55,259 nt of DNA. Origin: Fibrobacterota bacterium (GTDB lineage: Bacteria; Fibrobacterota; OXYB2-FULL-49-7; JAEUSG01). This document shows, piece by piece, positions 1 to 9,073 of the stretch. The position numbers were made by a program, and so were the translations under genes. Where the stretch lies: the NCBI GenBank assembly GCA_016788315.1, contig JAEUSG010000116.1, positions 1 through 55,259 of the forward strand, written 5' to 3'. The notes beneath the pieces are model-generated. The model worked only from the letters and a program-made list of their open reading frames with translations. It was not told the origin of the DNA and searched no databases. Position 1 is the stretch's first letter. The number at the start of each line of letters is the position of its first letter.

Positions 1-104
1 CAGGGGCACACTCTGCTCCTTTTTTGATACGTTTGTTTTTGGTTCGCTATAATATAATAGTAGTTAGCCATCGAATAGTTGCAGATTTTATATTTCCTTC
101 ATCT

Positions 105-1652
105 ATGAAAACATCCAATACACAAAAATTATTCCTGTCAGGAAATGAAGCCCTAGCCCGCGGTGCGTGGGAGGCTGGACTTAAGGTCGCAGCCGCCTAT
201 CCCGGAACCCCTTCAACAGAGATTCTGGAAAATATCGGCACATATGCCGAAATTGACGCACAGTGGTCGGTTAACGAAAAAGTTGCCTATGAAGTCGCTT
301 ATGGCGCCTCAATGGCAGGTGTCCGAAGCCTTTATGCCAGTAAGCATGTCGGCCTCAATGTCGCAATGGACCCGCTCATGACCAGTGTGTACATGGGGGT
401 AAACGGCGGTTTTGTGGCTGTTGTAGCCGATGACCCCGGCCTCCACTCCTCTCAAAATGAGCAGGATACCCGCTGGACTGGAATTTACGGCAAATTACCG
501 GTTATGGAACCCTGTTCACCCCAGGAAACCTACGATTTTATTAAAGAGGCCTTTGTAATTTCTGAAAAATTCGACACACCCGTTCTTTTTAGAATAACAA
601 CCAGAACTGCTCATGCAAAAGAAGACGTAACTGTCGCATCACGAGTTGAAATTCAGGATAAGCCGCTTGCAATGGACATGCAGAAATATGTCATGGTTCC
701 CAAATTTGCAGCAGCACGGCATGTCATAGTCGAAAAACATTTGAAAGATTTAGCAAAATTCGCCGAAACCACTAAACTGAACCGCATTGATAAGGGCAAG
801 GGCAAAACCGGCTTTATTACATCTGGCGTTTCTTATCTCTACATCAAAGATTATTATCCTGACGCACCGGTTCTAAAACTTGGACTCTCCTACCCGCTTC
901 CAGAAAAGAAGATCAGGGCATTTGCAAAATCAGTTAAAGAAATTTTCGTAATTGAAGAACTTGATCCAGTTCTTGAAAATCAGCTTCTTGCTATGGGAAT
1001 AAAAATCAAAGTGCGCCACGAAAGTTTCCGACTTGGTGAACTCCGTCCCGAATACATTCCGCAGATTGTTGCCGGAAAGAAAAAGAACGATCCGCCTCTT
1101 CCAGCTCGTAAGCCGTCGCTCTGCGCCGGATGCTCTCACCACTTTGTCTACCACGTACTTAAGAAGTTCGACACATTCGTATCAGGCGATATCGGCTGTT
1201 ATACTCTTGGTGCGCTTCCTCCATATCTTTCTGTACACTCATGCATCTGCATGGGCGGCGGATTTACAATTGCAGAGGGACTCAAAAGAGGAAACCTTGC
1301 CGGTAAAAAGGTGGTCGGTGTTGTCGGAGACTCTACATTCATACACTCAGGTATTACCGGACTTATCAACGCTGCCTATAATAAATCAAAAGGCGTTCTG
1401 CTTATTCTTGACAACACTATAACAGCGATGACAGGAGGTCAGGAAAACCCTGCCTCCGGCTTCACACTTAAAGGTGAACCTGCACAAATGCTCGATTTGG
1501 CAGCTATCTGCCGTGCATGCGGTGCCGACGTTGTTGATGTTATCGATCCGACAAAACATCACGACTTTGAAGCTCTTCTCTCGAAACGGCTGAACGAAAA
1601 TAGCCTTTCGGTAATAATCGCAAGAAGCCCATGTAAACTGATAAAGAGATAA
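105..1652 (+). CDS. iorA: indolepyruvate:ferredoxin oxidoreductase alpha (TPP-binding) subunit, short form
   Basis: ORF 24..1652. The credible start is ATG 105 (MKTSNTQKLFLSGNEALARGAWEAGL), a typical 2-oxoacid:ferredoxin oxidoreductase N-terminus. Motifs seen: YPGTPSTEI, DDPGLHSSQNEQD, CAGCSHH and GDSTFIHSG (TPP domain). iorB starts 3 nt downstream. I saw no CxxCxxCxxxCP ferredoxin insert. Confidence 0.85.
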   Translation: MKTSNTQKLFLSGNEALARGAWEAGLKVAAAYPGTPSTEILENIGTYAEIDAQWSVNEKVAYEVAYGASMAGVRSLYASKHVGLNVAMDPLMTSVYMGVNGGFVAVVADDPGLHSSQNEQDTRWTGIYGKLPVMEPCSPQETYDFIKEAFVISEKFDTPVLFRITTRTAHAKEDVTVASRVEIQDKPLAMDMQKYVMVPKFAAARHVIVEKHLKDLAKFAETTKLNRIDKGKGKTGFITSGVSYLYIKDYYPDAPVLKLGLSYPLPEKKIRAFAKSVKEIFVIEELDPVLENQLLAMGIKIKVRHESFRLGELRPEYIPQIVAGKKKNDPPLPARKPSLCAGCSHHFVYHVLKKFDTFVSGDIGCYTLGALPPYLSVHSCICMGGGFTIAEGLKRGNLAGKKVVGVVGDSTFIHSGITGLINAAYNKSKGVLLILDNTITAMTGGQENPASGFTLKGEPAQMLDLAAICRACGADVVDVIDPTKHHDFEALLSKRLNENSLSVIIARSPCKLIKR

Positions 1653-1655
1653 ACT

Positions 1656-2159
1656 ATGAATAAAAAAACTTCTAAATCTGAAATAACAAACATTCTGTTC
1701 TGCGGAATCGGCGGGCAGGGTGTTCTTAAGGCTTCTGAAATTGCCGGCGATGCAGCAATGCTTGCAGGCTTTCACGCAAAAAAGAGCGAAGTTCACGGCA
1801 TGTCGCAGCGAGGGGGATCTGTTGATTCGCACCTGCGATTCGGCAAAGTGGTTTACTCCCCTCTTATATCGCCAAAGGCAGCACATTTTCTTGTTCCATT
1901 TGCCGCTGAAGAGGGTGTGCCGATGCGAAAGTTCCTTGCCAAAGATGGAGTGGATCTCACCCCTTACCTGGAAAAGGCAGCCGCTGTTATTACAGACAAA
2001 AAATTCCTTAACACCTATATGCTTGGCGTTTTGGCAGCATATGTGCCTGCAATTGCCTATGAGTACTGGGTAACAAGCCTGGGCAGAATTTTCAAGAGAG
2101 CAATTGACGAAAACATAGCAGTATTCAGGCAAGGCTTTGAGGAGGCTTCTAAAAAATGA
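1656..2159 (+). CDS. iorB: indolepyruvate:ferredoxin oxidoreductase beta subunit
   Basis: 167 aa with an N-terminal ILFCGIGGQGVLKASEIAG motif and HGMSQRGGSV, typical of the IorB / OFOR gamma-type subunit. Its end overlaps the next gene in ATGA. Confidence 0.8.
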   Translation: MNKKTSKSEITNILFCGIGGQGVLKASEIAGDAAMLAGFHAKKSEVHGMSQRGGSVDSHLRFGKVVYSPLISPKAAHFLVPFAAEEGVPMRKFLAKDGVDLTPYLEKAAAVITDKKFLNTYMLGVLAAYVPAIAYEYWVTSLGRIFKRAIDENIAVFRQGFEEASKK

Positions 2160-3454
2160 TCTTCAATGAAAAAATGGAGACCCTGTCCAGGGCTGAGATG
2201 AAAAATATCCAGTCGGAGCGGCTGGTCAAACTTGTAAAATATGTCTACGATAAATCCCCTGTATACAAGTCAAAACTTGACAAACATGGTGTAACGCCAT
2301 CAGACATCAAAACAATAGATGACATTCAGAAACTCCCATTTACAGTTAAAGAGGACATGCGTGATTATTATCCCTTCGGTCTCTTTTCAAGGGATATTAA
2401 AGAGATAAGAGAGATCCATGTTTCAAGCGGAACTACGGGTAATCCAACTGTTGTGGGATACACACAGGCTGACCTTGACTTGTGGGGTGAAGTTGTAGCC
2501 CGCTCCATAGCCTGTACCGGTGGCGTTCCAGGCGATATGATACAAATCGCATACGGATACGGCCTCTTTACCGGCGGCCTCGGGCTTCATTACGGTTCTC
2601 TGAAACTGGGACTCACTGTTCTCCCTATGAGCAGCGGCCAGACTGCTCGCCAGCTCAAACTGATGACCGACTTCAAACCGCGCATTCTTGCATGTACTCC
2701 AAGCTACTGTCTTTATATGCTTGACGAAGCACGCGACATGGGATTAGACCCGCGTAAAAGCTCCTGGGAAATCGGTATTTTCGGCGCGGAGCCCTGGAGC
2801 GATAACATGCGCGGAGAGATTGAAAAATCATGGAATATGCTTGCCACAGACATCTACGGTCTGTCCGAGATAACCGGTCCCGGCGTTTCGCAGGAGTGCC
2901 ACCACAAAAGCGGTATGCACGTATGGCACGATGTCTTCTACCCTGAGGTAATTGACTCTGATACCGGCAAACCGGTTCCTGACGGCGAGTTCGGAGAACT
3001 TGTCTTTACAACACTCACTAAAGAGGGCATTCCTCTACTTCGCTACAGAACGCGCGATATTGTAAAACTTGACTACACAACTTGCGCCTGCGGAAGAACC
3101 GCCCCAAGAATGAGCAAAGTAAAGGGGCGTACCGACGACATGATTATTATCCGCGGCATAAATGTTTTCCCCTCCCAGATTGAACATGTACTGCTTCAGG
3201 TCGAAGGTGTACAGCCACACTATCAGCTGGTTGTAGAACGGGTAGGCGGTCTTGACACTTTGGAAGTAATAGTTGAAGTTGAAGATAAAATATTCTCAGA
3301 TGAGATTAAGGTTCTGGAGAATCTCAAGACAACTATCAAACGCAAAATAGAATCTGTCCTTGGGGTTGCGGCTAAAATCAAGCTTGTTGAGCCGAAAACC
3401 ATTCAGCGTAGCGAAGGCAAGGCAAAGAGAGTAATTGACAAGAGAGCACTATAA
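2156..3454 (+). CDS. paaK: phenylacetate-CoA ligase family adenylating enzyme (copy 1)
   Basis: 432 aa with SSGTTGNPTVVGYTQADLDLW, the AMP-binding signature of PaaK-type ligases, and C-terminal GRTDDMIIIRGINVFPSQIE. Sits directly after iorAB. Confidence 0.85.
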   Translation: MIFNEKMETLSRAEMKNIQSERLVKLVKYVYDKSPVYKSKLDKHGVTPSDIKTIDDIQKLPFTVKEDMRDYYPFGLFSRDIKEIREIHVSSGTTGNPTVVGYTQADLDLWGEVVARSIACTGGVPGDMIQIAYGYGLFTGGLGLHYGSLKLGLTVLPMSSGQTARQLKLMTDFKPRILACTPSYCLYMLDEARDMGLDPRKSSWEIGIFGAEPWSDNMRGEIEKSWNMLATDIYGLSEITGPGVSQECHHKSGMHVWHDVFYPEVIDSDTGKPVPDGEFGELVFTTLTKEGIPLLRYRTRDIVKLDYTTCACGRTAPRMSKVKGRTDDMIIIRGINVFPSQIEHVLLQVEGVQPHYQLVVERVGGLDTLEVIVEVEDKIFSDEIKVLENLKTTIKRKIESVLGVAAKIKLVEPKTIQRSEGKAKRVIDKRAL

Positions 3455-3463
3455 GGAGCATAT

Positions 3464-3895
3464 ATGAAAGTTAAACAGATTTCTGTATTTCTCGAAAATA
3501 AAAAAGGGCGCCTATACGATGTATCAGCGCTTCTTGCAAAAGAATCCATCAACATACGTGCTCTCAACATAGCTGAAACTGATGATTTCGGTGTGCTGCG
3601 TATGGTTGTCGACCGCCCGGTCGAAGCCCTGTCAGCGCTGAAAAATGGCGGCTTTGTAGCAAACACAACTGATATAGTTGCAGTAGAAATAGATGATACT
3701 CCAGGCGGTCTTTCAAAAGTTCTGAAGGTGCTTTCCGATGCCGACATCAATGTTGAATACATGTACGGCTTTATCGAAAAAAGATCCAATAACGCAATTA
3801 TGGTCTTTCGGTTTGAATCTCCTGAAAAAGCTATCTCCGTGATTTCAGGTACCGGAATAAAGGTGATAAACGAAACCGAAGTAAAAGATCTGTAA
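3464..3895 (+). CDS. tandem ACT-domain (amino-acid-binding) protein (copy 1)
   Basis: 143 aa made of two ACT-like halves (ISVFLENKKGRLYDVSALLAKESINI and AVEIDDTPGGLSKVLKVLSDADINV). Sits between the two paaK copies. Confidence 0.75.
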   Translation: MKVKQISVFLENKKGRLYDVSALLAKESINIRALNIAETDDFGVLRMVVDRPVEALSALKNGGFVANTTDIVAVEIDDTPGGLSKVLKVLSDADINVEYMYGFIEKRSNNAIMVFRFESPEKAISVISGTGIKVINETEVKDL

Positions 3896-3896
3896 A

Positions 3897-5195
3897 ATGC
3901 TTAACAGAGAAATTGAAACAATAGAGAGATCTGAACTTGAAAAACTGCAACTGACGCGTTTCAGATTTACATTAAGCCAGGCATTCAAAACAGAGTTTTA
4001 TAAAAAGAGATTTTCAAGAATTGGTCTTTCCTCACCCGAAGACATACAGCAGCTTTCAGACATTAAGAAAATCCCCTTTACAACGAAAGATGACCTGCGA
4101 GAAGGGTATCCTGAAGGTTTTCTTGCTGTTCACAAAGATGAAGTAGTTAGACTACATGCAAGTTCAGGCACAACCGGTATGCCAACAGTTGTACACCACA
4201 CTAAACGTGATCTTGACAACTGGACACGTCTCTGTACACGTTCACTGATTGCAACCGGTGCAACAAAAAGCGACACATTCCAGAACATGATGACCTATGG
4301 TCTCTTTACCGGTGGTCTTGGTTTGCACTACGGAGCTGAAGCTCTTGGAATGCTTGTTATTCCTGCCGGCGCAGGCAACACAAAGCGTCAAATTCAATTG
4401 ATGCGCGACTTCAAAACTACAGTTGTTCACGCCACACCTAGCTACCTTCTGCATATGGCAGATGAAGTAGCTAAAGAGGGAATAACTCCACCGAAGCTAG
4501 GGCTAAAAAAAGCGATGATCGGTGCAGAACCACACTCTGAAAACATCAGAAAAAAGCTTGAAGATATTTTTAAGATAGATGCCTACAATTCATACGGCAT
4601 GAGCGAAATGAATGGTCCTGGTGTTGCTTTTGAATGCATTGCTAAAGATGGGATGCATCTTTGGGAAGATGCCTATTACATGGAGATCATCAATCCTGAA
4701 AGCTGCGAGAATCTTGGTGAAGACTGCGAAGGCGAACTTGTATTGACAACTCTTGAACGCGAAGCAACACCATTAATCAGATATAGAACGCGCGACCTGA
4801 CTTCAGTAATTGCAGGTCTTTGCTCCTGCGGACGCACATCCAGAAGAATCAGAAGAATAAAAGGACGCTCCGATGATATGCTTATTATCAACGGTGTAAA
4901 CCTCTTCCCGTCGCAGATTGAAGCGATCTTAATGAAGCACCCAGAAGTTGGTACAAACTATCTAATACAGATTGAGAAAAAGTCATCGCTTGATAAGATT
5001 ACAGTAAAAACTGAAATCTATCCAAAGCTTTTCTCAGGTGAGATAACCGATCTGGACCGTGTGAAGAAGGTCATACATGATGAGATAAAGTCAGCATGCC
5101 TTGTGAACGCTTCAATTGAATTCCATGAACCCGGCTCGCTCCCTGTGTCACAGGGCAAAGCGGTCCGCGTTAGCGACTTACGTAAAGAGGAATAA
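3897..5195 (+). CDS. paaK: phenylacetate-CoA ligase family adenylating enzyme (copy 2)
   Basis: 432 aa, colinear paralog of 2156..3454 (SSGTTGMPTVVHHTKRDLDNW; GRSDDMLIINGVNLFPSQIE). Confidence 0.85.
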   Translation: MLNREIETIERSELEKLQLTRFRFTLSQAFKTEFYKKRFSRIGLSSPEDIQQLSDIKKIPFTTKDDLREGYPEGFLAVHKDEVVRLHASSGTTGMPTVVHHTKRDLDNWTRLCTRSLIATGATKSDTFQNMMTYGLFTGGLGLHYGAEALGMLVIPAGAGNTKRQIQLMRDFKTTVVHATPSYLLHMADEVAKEGITPPKLGLKKAMIGAEPHSENIRKKLEDIFKIDAYNSYGMSEMNGPGVAFECIAKDGMHLWEDAYYMEIINPESCENLGEDCEGELVLTTLEREATPLIRYRTRDLTSVIAGLCSCGRTSRRIRRIKGRSDDMLIINGVNLFPSQIEAILMKHPEVGTNYLIQIEKKSSLDKITVKTEIYPKLFSGEITDLDRVKKVIHDEIKSACLVNASIEFHEPGSLPVSQGKAVRVSDLRKEE

Positions 5196-5197
5196 AA

Positions 5198-5626
5198 ATG
5201 ATACAGCAAATCAGTGTCTTTCTTGAAAACAAGCCCGGCGGGTTAAAAAAGATTATTGCGATACTTAAAATGCATAGCATTAATATCAGAGCTACTGTTA
5301 TTCATGATAGGGGCGACTTTGGAATTGTTCAGTTTCTTGTAAGCGATCCTGTAAAAGCGCAATGGTCTCTTTCTGAGGCTGGACTTGCAGCTGCTATAAA
5401 ACCTGTTATAGCAGTAATCATCAACGACGAACCGGGCTCCCTACTAGGAATAACAGAACTGCTTGACATAAATCACATCAATGTTAAGGATGCATACGGC
5501 TTTGTACTTGAACAGCGCAAAAAGGCAGTTTTCTGTATCGAAGTCGAAAAGCCGGAGGAGACAGAAGAGTTCTTAAAGACCAACGGCATAAACATGCTCA
5601 CGCCGGAAGAGCTTTACGAATTTTAA
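5198..5626 (+). CDS. tandem ACT-domain protein (copy 2)
   Basis: 142 aa, paralog of 3464..3895 (ISVFLENKPGGLKKIIAILKMHSINI; AVIINDEPGSLLGITELLDINHINV). Confidence 0.75.
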   Translation: MIQQISVFLENKPGGLKKIIAILKMHSINIRATVIHDRGDFGIVQFLVSDPVKAQWSLSEAGLAAAIKPVIAVIINDEPGSLLGITELLDINHINVKDAYGFVLEQRKKAVFCIEVEKPEETEEFLKTNGINMLTPEELYEF

Positions 5627-5627
5627 T

Positions 5628-7067
5628 TTATTCTGTTACAGTAAAAATGCGTGACTGATTACCCTTATCTGTGCGCAGCCTGAGCAGATAACGGCCCCCT
5701 GCAACACTCTTTCCTTCGTGATTTTTTCCGTTCCAGTTAAAAAGATGGCGGCCTTTTGCTGCTTTACCATACTTAAATGTAAAGACCGACCTGCCTTCAG
5801 GTGTTACAATTCCCAGATCCATCAATTCTGCATCATTGCTTAACGTAACAGTAATAACAGCGCTTCTGCTGATTGGATTTGGACCAATAGAAAGTATTGA
5901 ACCATCATAAACATTCTCCGGAATTATCTCCGAAGCAATAGGCATTTCATTCGCGCTGGAGTAAACTTCATATGCTCCAACAGAGGGAGGAACCGGTCTC
6001 GCTTTACCTAGGAGATCAGTTGGGCAGAGGCTTGCAATATTTGTCCCCTTGCCGATCAGAATAGTAGCCGATGATTTCAATCTGTAGTTGTATGAATCCG
6101 GAGCCCAGAAAAATGAAGCCTCATATGAAGTCGTTATATTTGATGTAGATATGATACCGCTTTTAACTGAACCACCCATAATGATATTGTTAATCGCCGA
6201 AATACCAGTAGAACTGTTTTGATTCTGAATACCAGCTGTCTGAATCAGGGTGTTATTAAGAAACCTGCAATTTGTTACCTTGTTGCAATGAAGTCCTACA
6301 TCAGTTATTCTGACAACAACATTATTTCTGGCAATTCCGTTAAAGGCTTCCACGGAACCGCGCCGCTGAAAATCTGATCCGGTAGTTCCTCCGCCAAATG
6401 AGAGACCGACAAAACAGTCACGTACCAGATTGTTTTCATACACCGGATATTTTCCGCCAGCTTTTAAAAAACAGGCGTAGCCCTCTGTAAGTGAATAGTT
6501 GTGCATATGACAGCCGCGAACAGTAAGATAATCCGGTCCATTTATGTTCAACATTCCAATCGCCTGATTTCTTGAACCGGCTGAACCTTCACAATTTTCA
6601 AACAGCATATAATCCTGCCAAACTGTTGAACTTTCTGGTGTGAGAACAGGGGAGCTGTTCTTAACAGATTTATCAATACATCCTACAAATGTACAATTGC
6701 GCACAATCAGGTGACCTGCTCCCGGCTTAATGTGCAGACAATGGTAGGATGGTCCGCCATCCAGCGTAAGGTTTTCCAGAACAACATACTTTTTGTCAAC
6801 CAGCATCATCTGATCACCGTAGTTTCCTGATATTGTCACGGTATTCCTGGCAGCAGCTCTGATGACTACATATCCGGCGGCTTCACTTCCGCCGCGGCTG
6901 ATTAAGAAATCTCCTCCAACTGCATATGTACCGGGAGCCAGTGTAACCGTGTCCCCTGGATTAACTGCGTTCACAGCAGTACGAAGCGTTGCAACGGTTG
7001 AAACATTGGTGTTCAGTGAAAAAATTGTAATAGACAAAAGAGTTACGGCTGCAAAAATGCTTTTCAT
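5628..7067 (-). CDS. secreted right-handed parallel beta-helix protein with T9SS C-terminal sorting domain
   Basis: Signal peptide MKSIFAAVTLLSITIFSL. Repeated short N/G-rich turns (NCTF, ENCEG, VRGCHMHN, RNNVVV, FLNNTL, AINNII) typical of the pectate-lyase fold. The C-terminus (GPNPISRSAVITV...GRYLLRLRTDKGNQSRIFTVTE) is sorting-domain-like. Confidence 0.6.
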   Translation of the reverse strand: MKSIFAAVTLLSITIFSLNTNVSTVATLRTAVNAVNPGDTVTLAPGTYAVGGDFLISRGGSEAAGYVVIRAAARNTVTISGNYGDQMMLVDKKYVVLENLTLDGGPSYHCLHIKPGAGHLIVRNCTFVGCIDKSVKNSSPVLTPESSTVWQDYMLFENCEGSAGSRNQAIGMLNINGPDYLTVRGCHMHNYSLTEGYACFLKAGGKYPVYENNLVRDCFVGLSFGGGTTGSDFQRRGSVEAFNGIARNNVVVRITDVGLHCNKVTNCRFLNNTLIQTAGIQNQNSSTGISAINNIIMGGSVKSGIISTSNITTSYEASFFWAPDSYNYRLKSSATILIGKGTNIASLCPTDLLGKARPVPPSVGAYEVYSSANEMPIASEIIPENVYDGSILSIGPNPISRSAVITVTLSNDAELMDLGIVTPEGRSVFTFKYGKAAKGRHLFNWNGKNHEGKSVAGGRYLLRLRTDKGNQSRIFTVTE

Positions 7068-7127
7068 CGATCCCCCTTAGTACAATGACATGCACTAAGA
7101 ATAGATTAATACAGGTCAAACGTCAAA

Positions 7128-8177
7128 TCAGAGTGCGCAGAAAGCGTTTACTTTCTCCCTGATTGTCTTTTCATAGCCAGGCATGCTCAGCACATCACAC
7201 TCACTGCCTAGAATGAAAGGATGACCTGTGGCAGTCATTTTTTCAATAATCTCTTTCGCCAGTTTCACAACTGCATCTAGGGAAATTTCTACGTCTGAAT
7301 AAAATTTCTTTGTCGGCATGTTTCCGTACATGACTATATCTTTGTCAACAAACGGCTCCATTTCCCAAAGCTTTACCGGACTTCCGAAAGAGAAGACATC
7401 CGGGCGTAATGCAGCAAGCTTCTGAGCCATGACTGGCCGGAGATCTCCGCAATCATGAAGAATAAGAGAAACACCATGTTTATCAAGGAGCTCCTTAACC
7501 TTTCTGTTTGGCTCAATTACATACCTGTCAAAAACATCACTGCCTTCGTCCATCTGTTTTGGGGAGAAATAGACAAGATTTGCAGCCGGTTCACAAAGGA
7601 AGATAGCCTTTGCTCCACCTGCAATTTTAATCTTCAGCGATTTCAATACAGTATTTGTAGCGATCTCCGAAATCTTTTCTACAAGAGCAACTTCTGGTGC
7701 ATCTTCTTTGGTGAGTCCATTTCCAGCGAGATATATCGGAATAATAGGGTCTGACATCATCTTGGTAAGAAGAGAGAATGGGCCTATACTCATATCTACA
7801 GGCAGAAGATCTGTCTTTGTTGCAATATAATTCAGAGAGATGAGATTAGCTTTTGTGCGCGGATGTGACTTGAAATCATGAGCTTCGATCTTTTGCCAAA
7901 CAGAATCATCAGGAAGCTCATCAAAATGAAAAGTATTCCTATTTTCAGGCGCAACACCAAGAGCATCAAGAATGGTCTCTTTTTCAATTACGAGATCCAT
8001 GATTGGAATTGCAAAGGGCAATCCGAACCTTCTGGCAGTTTCCTCTGTTACCTTACCAAGGAGGTCACCATTAAGGAGTATTTCATCATGGTTGGGTTTT
8101 TCGTGTAGAACTAAATGTGCAGCAACTGGAGCCCTTTTGCCTGTTTTGGCAAATTCGGTGAAAAACTTACGGCTCAT
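7128..8177 (-). CDS. uroporphyrinogen decarboxylase (URO-D) superfamily protein, MtaA/CmuA-like methyltransferase rather than HemE
   Basis: 349 aa of TIM-barrel URO-D-like length. A H-x-C...C zinc-type pattern (ILHDCGD, LGSECDV) resembles methylcobamide methyltransferases. It lacks the HemE N-terminal MRQAGRY-type motif. Confidence 0.55.
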   Translation of the reverse strand: MSRKFFTEFAKTGKRAPVAAHLVLHEKPNHDEILLNGDLLGKVTEETARRFGLPFAIPIMDLVIEKETILDALGVAPENRNTFHFDELPDDSVWQKIEAHDFKSHPRTKANLISLNYIATKTDLLPVDMSIGPFSLLTKMMSDPIIPIYLAGNGLTKEDAPEVALVEKISEIATNTVLKSLKIKIAGGAKAIFLCEPAANLVYFSPKQMDEGSDVFDRYVIEPNRKVKELLDKHGVSLILHDCGDLRPVMAQKLAALRPDVFSFGSPVKLWEMEPFVDKDIVMYGNMPTKKFYSDVEISLDAVVKLAKEIIEKMTATGHPFILGSECDVLSMPGYEKTIREKVNAFCAL

Positions 8178-8349
8178 CTTATAATCTCCTTCTTTTGTTA
8201 TAAAGCCAAAAAAAACTGTTCGAAAAGATAGTAATTTCGGTACTGAATGTAAAATTTATAGTTAGTTAGTAGGAAAAAGGTATTTTCACCCCTTTTCCTC
8301 TTTATGAAGATATATATTATATACTTCATAGGATATTGGAACCATATTC

Positions 8350-8363
8350 ACCGGTTAACCGGT
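8350..8363. promoter_or_regulatory. perfect 14-bp palindrome ACCGGTTAACCGGT upstream of the STAS operon (candidate operator)
   Basis: Read directly from the sequence. It ends 22 nt before the TTG start at 8386 and lies just upstream of a GGGAGG Shine-Dalgarno sequence. Confidence 0.3.
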
Positions 8364-8385
8364 TTTAGATGCGGGAGGAACGCCC

Positions 8386-9069
8386 TTGGAAGATCTGCAA
8401 ATATCAGTAAAAAAAGTTGGAAGCGCTGCTGTAGTTAAATTCTCCGGCAACTTCGATTATGATCTCGACCATGTTAATGAGGAGCTTATCGAAAAACAGC
8501 TTTCCTCCTCACCAGACGCCATTGTTCTGGATATGGAAAATGTCAAGAAGATGGCAAGTGCCTTTATTAACAGGTTGGTCAAAATTCTCAGAATTGTTGA
8601 CAAAGAAAAACGCCGTTTATACCTTCTGAACGTCTCTGATCAATCTATCAAAGTGCTTTCAATGGTTAATATCATTGGTCGCTTTTCCATACTGCATTCA
8701 GAAGCGGAACTAAAATCTCTGCATAACAGTTCATCTGCAAAAAATGAAAACCCTTCGTCAGTTCACCTATCAATCAGCAGGTCTGCAGAAGATTCAAAAC
8801 ACAGACTCTCTGTTTCAGGTTCCATAGTAGAAGGGGCAAATACCTCTCTTATTCTTGACGAAGTAAAATCTTCACTTGGTTCTGGTGCTTCGTCAATAAT
8901 TCTTGACTTAGCTAAAGTGGATTTACTTGACACAATAAGCGTCGGCATACTTCTTATGATCCAGAAAATGTGTGAAGATAAGAAGGTAACAATTAAAATA
9001 GAAAATCCGAATGAAGTTATAACTCACGTTCTGGAAATGAACGAAGTTGGACGCCTGTTCGGCTTATAA
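8386..9069 (+). CDS. double STAS-domain protein (anti-sigma-factor-antagonist-like x2 joined by a Ser-rich linker)
   Basis: 227 aa with a TTG start preceded by GGGAGG. Two SpoIIAA-like halves: VVKFSGNFD...VLDMENVKKMASAFINRL and LSVSGSIVEG...ILDLAKVDLLDTISVGIL. The linker is SSSAKNENPSSVHLSISRSAEDS. Confidence 0.6.
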   Translation: MEDLQISVKKVGSAAVVKFSGNFDYDLDHVNEELIEKQLSSSPDAIVLDMENVKKMASAFINRLVKILRIVDKEKRRLYLLNVSDQSIKVLSMVNIIGRFSILHSEAELKSLHNSSSAKNENPSSVHLSISRSAEDSKHRLSVSGSIVEGANTSLILDEVKSSLGSGASSIILDLAKVDLLDTISVGILLMIQKMCEDKKVTIKIENPNEVITHVLEMNEVGRLFGL

Positions 9070-9073
9070 AAAC

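Noticed and set aside
24-104. N-terminal 27-codon extension of the iorA ORF (MIRLFLVRYNIIVVSHRIVADFIFPSS)
   Set aside because: The extension is hydrophobic junk with no homology-like features. The canonical OFOR N-terminus begins at ATG 105.
1386-2132. 248-aa minus-strand ORF antisense to iorA/iorB
   Set aside because: It lies entirely within two motif-rich plus-strand genes. The product is Cys/Phe-rich and low-complexity with no recognisable motif, so it is treated as an antisense artefact.
7128-8177. Annotation as HemE (heme biosynthesis uroporphyrinogen decarboxylase)
   Set aside because: It lacks the HemE N-terminal signature, no other heme genes are nearby, and the H-x-C...C pattern fits the MtaA/CmuA-like branch better.
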